Source: an uncultured delta proteobacterium (GTDB lineage Bacteria; Myxococcota_A; Polyangia; Fen-1088). Taken from it: DNA of 64,000 nt. Position numbers and translations under genes: made by a program. The stretch lies in NCBI GenBank assembly GCA_963767925.1, contig CAVYGB010000002.1, positions 1,024,001-1,088,000 on the forward strand, in the 5' to 3' direction. Below, in pieces: positions 1 through 10,341 of the stretch (positions are counted from its first letter, which is position 1; every line of letters starts with the position of its first letter). The notes beneath the pieces were generated by a model, which was given only the letters and a program-made list of their open reading frames with translations, had not been told where the DNA came from and ran no database searches.

Positions 1-725
1 CCGACGCTCTCCATACGCTGGGCGTGGCGCAGGACCTCTCCTTGCCGCTGCAGGGCCTCGGTCCGCTCGCTCACCCGCCGCTCGAGGCTGCGGTTGGTCT
101 CCTCCAGGGTCTCCTGGGCCTGCGACAGCCGGTCCGCCAGGGCCTCGTTCTCGAACCGCAGCCGAAAGGCCTCCGACACCGAGCGGTTGGTGATGCGGGC
201 GACGAAGGAGATCCCGATCGCGAAGACCACCATGATGAGGCCCATGCCCACATGCAGCCGGTCGCCGAGGACGAAGATCCTGGCCACCAGCGGGGTGAGG
301 GCCGGCACCAGGAAGGCCCAGAAGGCCGGCAGGTAACAGGACAGGGTCCCGGCCGCCGCCGCCCCCATGCCCCCCACCACGAAGGGCACCAGGATCTGCG
401 ACAGGTCGCCGGCCCGCCCGAACAGCACCGCGCCCGCCGTCCCCCACAGCAGGCCCGCCACCGCCGACCCGCTGACGAAGTAGAGCCCCCAGCGGGGCGC
501 CTCCGCCGGACCGGGACGCGCCCGCCGGAAGCCCCGGCCCAGCTCCGCCCGGACGACGGCCATCAGCGCCATCGATCCGCACCAGACGACAAGGAAGAGG
601 CGCGGCCCATCCTTCCAGAAGATGCCGCTGACGATCAGGGCGTTGAGGACGTTGGCCAGCAGGACCGGCCGGCTCTGCTCGTAGAGGGTACGGATCTGCT
701 CGCCACGAACCGCACCTTTGGTCAT
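1..725 (-). CDS. Membrane-bound sensor histidine kinase, N-terminal part (runs off the window edge)
   Basis: Manual translation gives MTKGAVRGEQIRTLYEQ, several TM helices, RLRFENEALADRL, a coiled coil, then LRHAQRMESVG, the segment that normally precedes the H-box. Start could be slightly further upstream. Confidence 0.8.
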   Translation of the reverse strand, partial: MTKGAVRGEQIRTLYEQSRPVLLANVLNALIVSGIFWKDGPRLFLVVWCGSMALMAVVRAELGRGFRRARPGPAEAPRWGLYFVSGSAVAGLLWGTAGAVLFGRAGDLSQILVPFVVGGMGAAAAGTLSCYLPAFWAFLVPALTPLVARIFVLGDRLHVGMGLIMVVFAIGISFVARITNRSVSEAFRLRFENEALADRLSQAQETLEETNRSLERRVSERTEALQRQGEVLRHAQRMESV

Positions 726-958
726 GAGCGCCTCGACCACCTCCTGCCTCCGCGACCCTACCGCCCCCACAAGACGCCGTCCAGGGAGGCCGCGCCCGAG
801 CACTGGCGACACCCTACACGCGGCCACACCCCGGCCGAGGCGGCGCGGCTTGCCCGGGGCGATGGCGTCATGTACATGCTCTCAGTGATTTTTTCGGTGC
901 GGGGGAGGGGGCCACGTGGGGTGGTGCTCGCTGGCGCCGAGGGGGAAGGAGAGGTCAG

Positions 959-1405
959 ATGAAGACCGGCACCGCGAGCGAAAAGGTCGATTCCCAGCGA
1001 GCCACCGGGGGCAGCTCGGCGCTGGACGCCTACCTGCAGCGGGCGCGAGAGCTGGCCAACCGCCACCCCGCCGGCGGGGTGGTCGCCGCCGCCGGGGCCG
1101 GGGTGCTCTACGCCGCCGAGCTGACCATCGGCGCCCTCGACGGGATGGGGGTGGCCCGCCCCTTCCGCAACAAGACCGCCTTCGAGCTGCTGGCCGAGCT
1201 CAAGCGGCACCGCGAGGAGCTGCTGGGCCAGACCCAGGCCCCTCGCGAACGCCTGCGCCAGCAGGGCGAGCGGCTGCGCCAGCAGGGCGAGAAGCTGCTC
1301 GAGAAGGGCCGGGCCCAGGGCGAGCAGCTCCTGCGCCGGGGCCGGGCCCTCTGGCCCTTCCCGCGCCGCGAGCCCCCGCCCAGCAAGCCCGTCGCCCAGG
1401 CCTGA
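959..1405 (+). CDS. Hypothetical protein with a hydrophobic segment and coiled coil
   Basis: 148-aa ORF with high GC3 codon pattern; GGAGAGG RBS-like sequence upstream. Confidence 0.6.
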   Translation: MKTGTASEKVDSQRATGGSSALDAYLQRARELANRHPAGGVVAAAGAGVLYAAELTIGALDGMGVARPFRNKTAFELLAELKRHREELLGQTQAPRERLRQQGERLRQQGEKLLEKGRAQGEQLLRRGRALWPFPRREPPPSKPVAQA

Positions 1406-1473
1406 GCGGGCGGCGCACCCCCGGCGCGCGATGCCGGTGCGAACACGGCGCGGAGAGCGGCACCGCCCCGGGG

Positions 1474-2001
1474 TCAAGACGTCGCGGCGAAGCTGCGGGT
1501 GTCCATGCGATCGATGTAGAGGGTGCCCTGGAGGTGATCGATCTCGTGCTGCAGGATGCGGGCGTACCAGCCCGACGCCTGCAGGGTCACCGGCTCGCCG
1601 CGGTGGTCGAGGGCCCGCACCTCGACCGCCTGGGCCCGGGCCACCCGGGCCAGGTAGCCGGGCACGCTGAGGCAGCCCTCGGCGAACACGGCCGGCCCCT
1701 GGTCGATCACGGTCAGGTGGGGGTTGGCGATGACGTGGAAGGGGACCGGCTGGCGGCCCAGCTCGGCCAGCTCCTCGGGGGACAGGCGCTGGTGGTATTC
1801 GGGCCGGTCCTCGATCACCGCGAGCTGCAGGGCCTCGCCGATCTGGGGGGCCGCCAGCCCGACCCCCGGGGCGGCGTACATCGTCTCCCGCATCGATTCT
1901 ATGAGCTGCACGATGCGCGGCCCGCGCAGCTCCTCGGGCGTCAGCGGTCGGGCCACGATGCGCAGAACCGGGTCGCCAGCACGAACGATCGGGAGAGCCA
2001 C
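1474..2001 (-). CDS. def: Peptide deformylase
   Basis: GVGLAAPQIG, EGCLSV and QHEIDHL motifs. Confidence 0.95.
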   Translation of the reverse strand: MALPIVRAGDPVLRIVARPLTPEELRGPRIVQLIESMRETMYAAPGVGLAAPQIGEALQLAVIEDRPEYHQRLSPEELAELGRQPVPFHVIANPHLTVIDQGPAVFAEGCLSVPGYLARVARAQAVEVRALDHRGEPVTLQASGWYARILQHEIDHLQGTLYIDRMDTRSFAATS

Positions 2002-2092
2002 CGCCCCGATTTGACCACAACCGGCCGGCGCGTGCCACCCCCCCTCGGGGCGGCTGTTGCTGTCCCCGCCGCCGTGCCGGCGGCTGTTGCGG

Positions 2093-3994
2093 CTAGCGGG
2101 CGGGCTCGATGTGCAGGGCGAAGCCGCCGGCGGCGAGCATCGGAATCTCGAGGGTGTCCGCGGCGGTGACGTCCTTTTTCTCCTGGACCAGCGCCGTCTT
2201 GCTGTCGCCGTCGCGGTAGATGTGGGCCCGGTGGGGCCCGCGGCCGAGAAAGGCCAGGGGGACGCGGCCGGTGCGGGCCTGCCCGGTGATCCCCCCCACG
2301 AACCAGCTCCGGCCGCGGCGGCGGGCCAGCAGGGTGTGGCTGCCGGGCAGGCCTTCGAGGAAGCGGAGGTCGTCCCAGGCGGCGGGCACCGCCTTCAAGA
2401 AGTCGACCCCGGCAAAGCCGAGGATCCGATCGTGCCGCTCGGCGAAGATCTGGATGCCCGTCTCGTACAGGACCGCCTGCGCGAGCTGGTAAGCCAGCGA
2501 CCCGGCCGAGCGGGTCAGGTGAAGGGGGGTGAAGCTGACCGGCCCGATGACGTTGCGCACGTAGGGGATGGTCAGGTCGTGCTGCAGGTTCTGCGTCCGG
2601 CGCTCGAGGCCATAGACCGCCTCGGCGCTCATGACGTGGGGCCAGCGCCGCCGCTCACCCGAGGGCACCGCGCAGCCGTGGTACTCGACCAGCAGGCGGT
2701 GCCGGGCGGCGATCTCCGAGAGGAAGTCGCGCACCACCAGGCGGGCCTGGGTGTCCTCGAGATCGTCGGTCTTCTCGGCGGTGTCGTCGCGCTGGTCGAA
2801 GAAGTCGATCTTGGCCCCCCGGATGCCCAGCCGGGCCAGCTCCTTCATCCAGGCCTCGGCCCGCTCGGGCGTGTTGAGGAAGGTCTTGTTGGCCACCTTG
2901 CCCCAGGCGATGATCCCGACGCCCTTGCGCTTGCCGTAGGCGGTCACCTCGGCCATGTCGGGCACCCGCCGCTCCCAGCCGGCGTCGGCCACGTGGTACT
3001 CCCAGCCCATCTTCGCGTCGAAGTCGATCCAGGTGCGGAGCTTGTCCCCGTCGCCGGCCACGAAGTCCCAGCTCGCCCGCCCCGCCCGGATCCAGGCGGC
3101 GTTGCGCAGGCCGGGCTCGGTGGGCGGGTTGAGGTTCTCGATCAGGGTCGACTCGACGATGCGCCCGGGGTGCTCCGGCGACACGATCACCGCCCGCCAG
3201 GGCGAGGCGAAGGGCAACGTCGTCTTGACCGGCTCGCGCTGGTCGAGGGGGAAGGCCACCTGCAGGGCGTTGCCCTGCCGCTGGTAGTTGGGAATGATGT
3301 AGCTGCCGTAGCTGCCGGCCTGGGCGAAGAACAGGAAGTGCTTCTGCACCGGGAGCTGCACCAGCACCGGCATCGAGATCCGCTCGGCGGTGACCGGCCC
3401 CAGCGGCGACTCGTACCCGAAGTTGTTGGGGTGGGCCTGCCCCCAGGCGGCAAAGTCGCCGGCCAGGGGAAAGCGGGTGGTCTCCCCCGCGATCTCGATC
3501 GCCCCCCGCCCCGGCAGCAGGTAACGCAGCCCTATCCCGTCGTCGTAGGCCCGCACCGCGATCCGCAGCTCGCCCGCCCCCTTGCGGAAGGCCAGCTCCA
3601 GCTCGTTGGCCCGGTTGGCGTATCTCGAACGCTTGCCCACCGGCAGGCGGTAGGTCTCCCGGATCGCCTTGCGCCCCTGGCGCAGGAAGGTCAACCCGCC
3701 GGTGAAGTCGCCCGCGCTCGTCGTGAGCCCCAGCGTCCCCCCCTCCACCAGCGCCACCGCGCCGCTGCGGATGGAAAAGCGCAGCCCGCCCGCCCCCCCG
3801 GCGTCGTGCTCGACCGTCACCGCCAGGTTCTTCCCCGGTGAGGCGATTTCGTAGGAGGCGGCCCGGGCCGGCGGCGCGGCGGTGAGAACCACCAGCGCGA
3901 CCGGGGCCAGCAGCGACGACGACCGGACCGCGAACGACCGGTTCGCGAACGGCCGGGAGATCCGGACCAGCGCAGGCAAGGTGCTCCGACTCAT
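2093..3994 (-). CDS. Glycoside hydrolase family 97 (alpha-glucosidase/galactosidase-like), secreted
   Basis: Signal peptide, RAYDDGIGLRY, SPWR, GAKIDFF, EYHG and EAVYGLE motifs; C-terminal GGFA typical of GH97. Start is approximate. Confidence 0.85.
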   Translation of the reverse strand: MSRSTLPALVRISRPFANRSFAVRSSSLLAPVALVVLTAAPPARAASYEIASPGKNLAVTVEHDAGGAGGLRFSIRSGAVALVEGGTLGLTTSAGDFTGGLTFLRQGRKAIRETYRLPVGKRSRYANRANELELAFRKGAGELRIAVRAYDDGIGLRYLLPGRGAIEIAGETTRFPLAGDFAAWGQAHPNNFGYESPLGPVTAERISMPVLVQLPVQKHFLFFAQAGSYGSYIIPNYQRQGNALQVAFPLDQREPVKTTLPFASPWRAVIVSPEHPGRIVESTLIENLNPPTEPGLRNAAWIRAGRASWDFVAGDGDKLRTWIDFDAKMGWEYHVADAGWERRVPDMAEVTAYGKRKGVGIIAWGKVANKTFLNTPERAEAWMKELARLGIRGAKIDFFDQRDDTAEKTDDLEDTQARLVVRDFLSEIAARHRLLVEYHGCAVPSGERRRWPHVMSAEAVYGLERRTQNLQHDLTIPYVRNVIGPVSFTPLHLTRSAGSLAYQLAQAVLYETGIQIFAERHDRILGFAGVDFLKAVPAAWDDLRFLEGLPGSHTLLARRRGRSWFVGGITGQARTGRVPLAFLGRGPHRAHIYRDGDSKTALVQEKKDVTAADTLEIPMLAAGGFALHIEPAR

Positions 3995-4085
3995 GGGTAG
4001 ACTCCTTGCCCAGAAATACCACCGGGGCGGCCCGGACGCTGAGTCCGAAAAGCCGCCCCGGCGCGTGGCCTGGAAGCCGCGACGA

Positions 4086-4877
4086 TCAGCGCGCCGCGGG
4101 GGCACCGGCCCGCCGGCCGGCCACCCGGAGCTGGTCGTCGACCTCCTTGACCCCCTTGGTGTCCCGGGCGATCTGCAGCGCCCGCTGCCGGGCCGCCTCG
4201 GACGCCACCCGCCCCTTGAGCGTCACCACGAGATCCTTGCTCGTCACCACGTCGACGTTGCTCCCCTTGAGCGCCTCGTCCCCCTCGAGCTCGGCCGCCA
4301 CCCGCGTGTCGACCCAGCTCCGGGTGATGGTCTCGCCCGAGACCATCTTCTCGGGGTCGCCCGGCAGGGTCGCCGGCATCTGCACGTGGACGAAGCCCTT
4401 CTCGTCGGGCAGCCCCGGCGCCGGCGGCGGCTCGATCTGCTCGCCCGGCAGCGCCTCGGCCACCGGCGGCGCCGCCTCACCCGGCGTGGGCGGCTGCATC
4501 GGCGCCACGCTGCCCGCCCCGCTCACCTGCGCCACCGCCTGCGTGCGCTCCTGCTGCTGCGCCAGCCGCTCCTCGACGGTGAGGGGGGCGACCTCGATCT
4601 GGTTGTCGACCCGCCGGACCCCCGGGACGCGCGCGACCTCGGTCGCGTGCTCCTTGGCGGCGTGGAGCGCGACCTTGCCGGTCAAGGTGACGACCCCGCC
4701 GTCCGCCTTCGCCTCGAGGACGTAGTCCCTGAGCTTCTCGTCCTGCACGAGCTGCTCCTCCACGCGCTTGCCCAGCCGGTTGTCTTCCCGGTCAGCGGCC
4801 AGCACCGGACCCGCAGCCAGCGTCACCACCGCGACGCTCGAGAACACGAACGAGAGCCGATTCATCTTCCCCTGCAT
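4086..4877 (-). CDS. BON domain protein (two BON domains), periplasmic
   Basis: Signal peptide; GVVTLTGKV...VPGVRRVDNQI and VTLKGRV...TKGVKEVDDQL. Confidence 0.9.
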   Translation of the reverse strand: MQGKMNRLSFVFSSVAVVTLAAGPVLAADREDNRLGKRVEEQLVQDEKLRDYVLEAKADGGVVTLTGKVALHAAKEHATEVARVPGVRRVDNQIEVAPLTVEERLAQQQERTQAVAQVSGAGSVAPMQPPTPGEAAPPVAEALPGEQIEPPPAPGLPDEKGFVHVQMPATLPGDPEKMVSGETITRSWVDTRVAAELEGDEALKGSNVDVVTSKDLVVTLKGRVASEAARQRALQIARDTKGVKEVDDQLRVAGRRAGAPAAR

Positions 4878-5060
4878 CGAAATCCCTCCATCGAGTTTTT
4901 GTTTGTGCAGGGAGGTATCAGCAAGTTCGATGCCCGCCCAAAGAAGTGGCCCGATCCCGCGGGTTTGACCGCTTTCGCCAGCGGGGGGGTCCGCTCGCCG
5001 CCCCCCTCCGTTACTGCTACGTTACGGTCCGATGCCGGAGCTCCCCGACAGGGCGTCCCG

Positions 5061-5462
5061 ATGAGCGCGCTCTCCTCTCCTTTCGAACAGATGGGCGGCC
5101 GCGCCCCCGTCCTGCGCCTGGCCGCGCGCTTTTACGAGGTCATGGAGCAGGAGGAGCCGGCCCTGTCCGCCGTGCACCGCCAGGCCCCCGGCGGCGGCAT
5201 CGACCCCGAGGTCAAGGCCCGCTTCGGCCTGTTCCTTGTCGGCTGGCTGGGCGGCCCGCAGGAATACACCGAGCAACACGGCCACCCGCGGCTGCGCATG
5301 CGCCACGCCCGGGTGGCCATCGACCAGGATCTGCGCGACGCCTGGATCCGCTGCATGGTGCGGGCGATGGACGACTGCGCGGTGGCCGGCCCCGTGCGCG
5401 CCTTCCTGCAACAGCGCTTCGGCGAGGTGGCCGACTTCCTCCGCAACGCCCCGCCGGGATGA
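5061..5462 (+). CDS. Group II truncated haemoglobin
   Basis: FEQMGG, ARFYEVM, WLGGPQEY and GHPRLRMRH motifs; ATG at 5061. Confidence 0.92.
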   Translation: MSALSSPFEQMGGRAPVLRLAARFYEVMEQEEPALSAVHRQAPGGGIDPEVKARFGLFLVGWLGGPQEYTEQHGHPRLRMRHARVAIDQDLRDAWIRCMVRAMDDCAVAGPVRAFLQQRFGEVADFLRNAPPG

Positions 5463-5526
5463 GCGGGGAGGGGGACGCCGGCCGCGGGTCAGCTTCCTCC
5501 GCCCTCGCCGAGTTCCTCCGCGACCA

Positions 5527-5554
5527 CCTCTCCCCGCGGTCTGCCGTGGGGAGA
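5527..5554. repeat. REP-like hairpin (TCTG loop) between convergent genes; possible terminator
   Basis: TCTCCCCGCGG-TCTG-CCGTGGGGAGA; reverse-complement copy at about 21423-21451. Confidence 0.6.
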
Positions 5555-5556
5555 CG

Positions 5557-6279
5557 TCAGCCGAGGTTGTGAAAGACGCTCTGCACGTCTTCGTCCTGCT
5601 CGAGCCAGTCCACCGTGGCCAGCGCTTCGGTGGCCTGCTCCTCGGGCAGCGACATCGGATTGAGCGGGACGTACTCCGACGCCGTCGAGCGCACGGTCAG
5701 CTTGCGCTCCTCGATCGCCGCCTGCAGCTTGCCGAAGCTCGGCAGCGCGCAGCGGACCAGCAGCTCGGGCGTCCCCTTCTCGTCGTTCACCAACCCCGCC
5801 TCCTCGAGCCCATGGTCGATGAGGTCGAGCTCGAGCGCCTCGACGTCGACGCCGGTGGGATCGACGCGGAACACGCCCATCTGGTTGAAGGCGAAGCTCA
5901 CGCTGCCCGAGGATCCCATGTTGCCCCCGTGCTTGAGGAAGCGCATGCGAACGTTGGCCACCGTGCGGGTGGGGTTGTCGGTCATCGCCACCACCAGGAC
6001 GGCCACCCCGTGCGCCGCGTACCCCTCGTACACCAGCTCCTCGTAGTTCGTCATGTCCTTGCCGGCCGCGCGCTTGATGGCCCCCTCGATCTTGTCGCGA
6101 GGCATGCTGAGGGAGCGGGCGTTCTGGATCGCCCGCCGGAGCTGGGGATTGGTATCCGGACTCGGCCCACCCTTCTTGGCCGCGACCGTCAGCTCGCGCG
6201 AAACGCGCGTGAACGCCTTGGCCATCTTGTTCCAGCGGGCGAACATCGTGGCCTTCCGAGTCTCGAAGATCCTGCCCAT
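5557..6279 (-). CDS. YebC/PmpR family protein
   Basis: [33 protein letters not shown] and DVQSVFHN motifs. Confidence 0.95.
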   Translation of the reverse strand: MGRIFETRKATMFARWNKMAKAFTRVSRELTVAAKKGGPSPDTNPQLRRAIQNARSLSMPRDKIEGAIKRAAGKDMTNYEELVYEGYAAHGVAVLVVAMTDNPTRTVANVRMRFLKHGGNMGSSGSVSFAFNQMGVFRVDPTGVDVEALELDLIDHGLEEAGLVNDEKGTPELLVRCALPSFGKLQAAIEERKLTVRSTASEYVPLNPMSLPEEQATEALATVDWLEQDEDVQSVFHNLG

Positions 6280-6400
6280 GCCGGCCCGAGCCTACCTCAG
6301 CTCCCGCCCGCACGATCGCCGCACGTGCACAATCCCCACCACAAGCGTCCCCTCCCCGATCTTCGGTAAATCCCTTCGAGATGCCCGCCGCCCGTTGCCC

Positions 6401-6459
6401 GTTCGCCCTCGCCCCGCGCCAGCGGGGAGAGGGAGGGGGTGAGGGGTCCGGTCTGCCGG
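6401..6459. repeat. REP-like extragenic palindrome
   Basis: GTTCGCCCTCGCCCC...GGGGAGAGGGAGGGGGTGAGGGG; related copies at 8668-8720, 8886-8932 and 15628-15671. Confidence 0.7.
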
Positions 6460-6483
6460 CCGGGTCGGGCGCCGGAGGAACCG

Positions 6484-8355
6484 TCAGCCGCGGGAGGGCC
6501 GGCCCCGTCGCCGCGCGGCGATCAGGCCGAACGCGCCAAGCAGCAGGAGGATGCTCGCCGGGTCCGAGGCGTCGCCCAGCCCATAGCGGCACCCCCCCCC
6601 GGGAGCCGCCGGCGGCGTGCTGGGCGGCACCGAGGCACCGCCGCCCGGCGCAGGAGCCGGGGGCGCACCACCAGCGCCGCCAGCACCTCCACCAGCACCA
6701 GCCGGCCCCGCACCCCCGCCACCCGCCATCCCGGTGCCGGGCCCAGGACCGGGGCTGCCACCGGGCGCCGGCCCGGGCGCCGCCCCGGCGCTGCCACCCG
6801 CCCCGGGCGCGCCACCGGCCCCACCAGCCCCACCCGTACCGCCGGGCGCAGGCGCGGCGCCGTCGGAGGGGGCGCCCGCATCGACCGCAGGCGCGGCGGG
6901 CCCGCCGCCGACCACCCCGCACTCGGCCGCCGGCTGGCAGGTGGTCCAGCGGTTGTCCTGGCAGCGCCGCTGCCCCGGACAGGCCAGGTATTTACAGGGC
7001 TCGGCCGCACCCTCGGTGCAGCCGGGCGCGCAGGAGATCTGCGAGCGGACCGAGTTGATGCGCGCCGGGATCCAGCTCTTGAGGCGGATGTATTCGGCCC
7101 CGAAGCTCTTGTTGATGGCCGGCGAGCTGGGATCCCGCCCGCCCCAGGCGATGTCCTTCTCCAGCGGGACGACGTCCTTGACGGTCTGGTAGGCCTCCTC
7201 CCAGACCTTGAGGATCTCCTCGGCCGCCATCGACCCGTTGATGAGCTGGCACATGGTGTCCAGGTAGCGCCGCCGGATCTGGGCCTGGCAGACGGTGGCC
7301 CGGCCGAGCCCCGACGGGTTGGCGCACCAGCGGCCGATCCGCTCGGTGGGGGGACACTTGAGGCTGTTGGGCGCGCAGTTCTGGTTCTGCTGCCCGAACG
7401 TCAGGTCGGTGTCCCAGGGCATGAAGTGCCGCAAGCCCACCCGGGGATCGAAGTAATACCAGTTGAGCCCCTGCCCGCCGGTCGACACCGAGGTGGCGAT
7501 GGTGTCGTCGCCGTTGACGAGGATCTCCCGGATCGCCTCCTGGCGCAGGAGCGCATCGAGATCGAGCCCCTTCTCCGCCGCCGCGATCGAGCCCGCCCCC
7601 GCCGTGGGGAACCAGGCATCGTAGGCCGCCTTGGCGGCGTTGGGCGGACCGTCGTCGTACTCCACCGAGGCCGCGCAGGCGTCCTTGCTGTTCTTGACCA
7701 GCCGCCCCTCGTCGAACCCGAAGCGCCGGCGCAGCGCCGCCTTGTCGATGTCCTCGAGCAGGATGTAGACGCCGTGGTATTCGCCGTCGGGCTTGTCCTC
7801 GGTGTGGATGGTGATCTTGGCGTAGGCCGTGCCGGGCGCGCTGGGCAGCTCGCGCCTGAGCAGGCGCATCGCCACGTGTTCGGCCATCAGCAGCGGCAAC
7901 GGGATGACGGTGTCGCCGAACTTGTTGCCCTGGCCGTTGTTGAGGGTGAGCTTGCGGTAGCCGTTCTTGCCGAACGAGGGCGGCCAGCTCTGCCCCATGG
8001 CCTCGGGCACGGTGTTGTTGAAGGTCTCGTTGAAGTCGATCTTGAGGGGCGGCTTCTGGGGCGCCTCGATCCCGCGCTGCTCGCCGCGCTTCTTGCGGAC
8101 CGCGACCTTCATCCAGGGCCCCTCGGTGCCGCAGCGAAACTGCGCCGGGAAGTCCCGGTACACGGCGTTGCAGGCCTCCCCCGGGCGGTTCGTCACCAGC
8201 CCGTTCCAGTCCGCGCGCGACATCTGCAGATGAAAATCGAGCAGCTCGTTCGGCTTGCCGAACGGATCGTTGCAGTCGGCGCGCCCGGGCGCGGCCGCGA
8301 GGAGGCCCGCCGCGCAGGTGGCGGCAGCCAGGAGCGATCGTTTGGTGGCGTTCAC
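6484..8355 (-). CDS. CotH kinase family secreted protein with MYXO-CTERM-like tail
   Basis: Signal peptide; KPPLKIDFN, KLTLNN, GVYILLEDIDK and PWDTDLTFG motifs; Gly/Pro linker; C-terminal GGGC...LLLLGAFGLIAARRR. GTG start inferred. Confidence 0.8.
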   Translation of the reverse strand: MNATKRSLLAAATCAAGLLAAAPGRADCNDPFGKPNELLDFHLQMSRADWNGLVTNRPGEACNAVYRDFPAQFRCGTEGPWMKVAVRKKRGEQRGIEAPQKPPLKIDFNETFNNTVPEAMGQSWPPSFGKNGYRKLTLNNGQGNKFGDTVIPLPLLMAEHVAMRLLRRELPSAPGTAYAKITIHTEDKPDGEYHGVYILLEDIDKAALRRRFGFDEGRLVKNSKDACAASVEYDDGPPNAAKAAYDAWFPTAGAGSIAAAEKGLDLDALLRQEAIREILVNGDDTIATSVSTGGQGLNWYYFDPRVGLRHFMPWDTDLTFGQQNQNCAPNSLKCPPTERIGRWCANPSGLGRATVCQAQIRRRYLDTMCQLINGSMAAEEILKVWEEAYQTVKDVVPLEKDIAWGGRDPSSPAINKSFGAEYIRLKSWIPARINSVRSQISCAPGCTEGAAEPCKYLACPGQRRCQDNRWTTCQPAAECGVVGGGPAAPAVDAGAPSDGAAPAPGGTGGAGGAGGAPGAGGSAGAAPGPAPGGSPGPGPGTGMAGGGGAGPAGAGGGAGGAGGAPPAPAPGGGASVPPSTPPAAPGGGCRYGLGDASDPASILLLLGAFGLIAARRRGRPSRG

Positions 8356-8667
8356 AGGGGCTCCTTCTTCAGAAGACCGCCGAGAGGCCCGGAACTGCTC
8401 GAGATGCCACCCCGCGGCGAACGTCCGGCACACACACCCGTGACCAGACTGGAACAGTAGTGGCCACAGACACCGTTTTCGGAAGCCCCTTTTTCACCCC
8501 CGAGCCCCCCGCCCCACCCCAGGCCGCACCGCGCCTGCACCGCCAGCCAGCACCACCTGAGGCCCTGACCCCCCACGACGTGCAAAAACGGCCGCTTCCG
8601 CGAGCGACGGAGCCCCAGGAACCGCCGACCGCAGCCCCGGAGCATCGCTTGGTTGAAACCGCGAACG

Positions 8668-8932
8668 CCGGAGACCCCTCACCCCGTCCCTCTCCCCGCT
8701 GCCGCGGGGCGAGGGCGAACAATCCGCCAGGTGCCCCGATCATCCTCCGAGCGGCACATGTGGCCCGAACTCGCCCGAGATCGCCGCTCCCCCCGGCCCG
8801 TTCACAATCCGCCAGGTGCACCGATCATCCTCCGAGCGGCACATGTGGCCCGAACTCGCCCGAGATCGCCGCTCCCCCCGGGCCCGTTCGCTCTCGCCCC
8901 GCGGAGCGGGGGGAGGGGTGAGGGGTCTCCGG
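8668..8932. repeat. BIME-like mosaic: two inverted REP-like units enclosing an ~85-bp tandem duplication
   Basis: 8668-8720 and 8886-8932 are imperfect inverted copies. AATCCGCCAGGTGC...GGCCCGTTC occurs twice, starting at about 8721 and 8806. Confidence 0.8.
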
Positions 8933-8988
8933 CCAGTCCGTCGTTTGCTCTCGACCTGGGCCGCGAGGCCGGCGTCAGGCCGGTGCGA

Positions 8989-10239
8989 TCAGGGGGTGAA
9001 GAAGCGGACGGCGGGGTCGATCGTGATGTGGACGTTGGATTCGTCGCCCCAGCAGGCGATCGAGTTGTCCATCTGCAGCCCGCAGTAGGTAGCGAGCTTG
9101 CTGCGGATACCCTTGAGGCGCAGGTTGGGCGGCTGGGGGTGGAAGCGCTCCGGGCTGCTGTTGTACTTCTTGGTGCCCCAGCAGATCGGCTCGCCGTCGA
9201 GGCGGAGGGCGCAGGTGTTCCAGCTCGCCACCGCGACGTCCTTCACCTTGCCGAGGTTGGCCGGCACGTCGGTGGTGCCCTCGACGTTGTCGCCCCAGCA
9301 GGTCAAGGTGTCGTCGAGCTGGATGGCGCAGGCGTGGCTGGTCCCCATCGTCAGGTCGTCCATGTCGGCCCGCAGGTTGCCGTGGTAGATGGCGGCCACC
9401 AGCTTGGCCTCGAGCCCCGCGGGCGGCGGCGGGGCCTTGATGCCCCAGCACTGGACCGAGTCGTCGAGCAGCACGGCGCAGTTGAAGAACGAGGCCACCG
9501 CCAGCGACTTGGCCTTCATCCCCGCCGGCGCCGACACCTGCGGGCCGCGGCCCTGGCCCCAGCAGCGCACGGAGTGATCCTTGTTGATGGCGCAACCGTG
9601 GTCGTAGCCGATGCCGAAGTGGATCGGATCGATCCCCGTGGCGGGAGGATAGAAGGTCGCCTTGTGGCTCCAGCAGGACAGCCGCCGGGCGCTGCCCGGA
9701 GGCAGCAGGGCACAGCAGCCGTTGTGGGCGCAGAAGATCTGATCGCTGGTCGAGGCGGCCACATCGCCCGGCGGCCGGTTGCGCGGATCCGCCGTCCCGA
9801 AGCAGCGCACCTTCTTCGAATCGAGGATGTGGCAGGCGTGGTAATAGCCGAGCCCGATCCCGCTCGACACGAGGAGCTGGGTCAACCCATCCACGATGGG
9901 CTCGCCGACCGCCCCCGGCGGCATCTCGGCCGGCGGCGCAGGCGGCGGCGCTGAAGGAGGCAAAGGCGGCAATGACGGATCGCCCGGCGGCATGCCCACC
10001 ACCGGCGGCTGCGCAACCGGCCCAGGTGGCGTGGGCGCGGGCGCCGGATCCGGTGACGGCGCGGGACGCCCACCGGGCGACGGCGGCGCCTCCCCACTGC
10101 CCGCCCCCGGCTCCTCCGCGGTCCCGGACGCGCACCCCACCGCCAGGAGCGCCCCGGCCACAACCGAGAGCAGCAACCCGGACGCGGGTCGCGAGGACCG
10201 GACCGGGCCGAAAAGGGTGCGAGAGGATCGATTCATCAT
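8989..10239 (-). CDS. Lipoprotein with RCC1-like beta-propeller repeats
   Basis: Lipobox LAVGC, Pro-rich linker, and repeated HACAI...CWG units. Confidence 0.8.
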   Translation of the reverse strand: MMNRSSRTLFGPVRSSRPASGLLLSVVAGALLAVGCASGTAEEPGAGSGEAPPSPGGRPAPSPDPAPAPTPPGPVAQPPVVGMPPGDPSLPPLPPSAPPPAPPAEMPPGAVGEPIVDGLTQLLVSSGIGLGYYHACHILDSKKVRCFGTADPRNRPPGDVAASTSDQIFCAHNGCCALLPPGSARRLSCWSHKATFYPPATGIDPIHFGIGYDHGCAINKDHSVRCWGQGRGPQVSAPAGMKAKSLAVASFFNCAVLLDDSVQCWGIKAPPPPAGLEAKLVAAIYHGNLRADMDDLTMGTSHACAIQLDDTLTCWGDNVEGTTDVPANLGKVKDVAVASWNTCALRLDGEPICWGTKKYNSSPERFHPQPPNLRLKGIRSKLATYCGLQMDNSIACWGDESNVHITIDPAVRFFTP

Positions 10240-10341
10240 GGGGCTCCTGCAGATGAAGTGACGTGGGCCCGCGCCGGGCGGGCGCTTTCCGTCTCGCGCC
10301 CGTCCGCGTCGGTCGGTCCGCCAGGCGCCAGCGGGCGGCCG

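Noticed and set aside
24..962. 312-aa + strand ORF and the many other long antisense ORFs (e.g. 2057-3841, 12230-14647, 26018-28372, 60758-62803)
   Set aside because: They are shadow frames of real genes on the opposite strand, expected at this GC content, and lack recognisable motifs.
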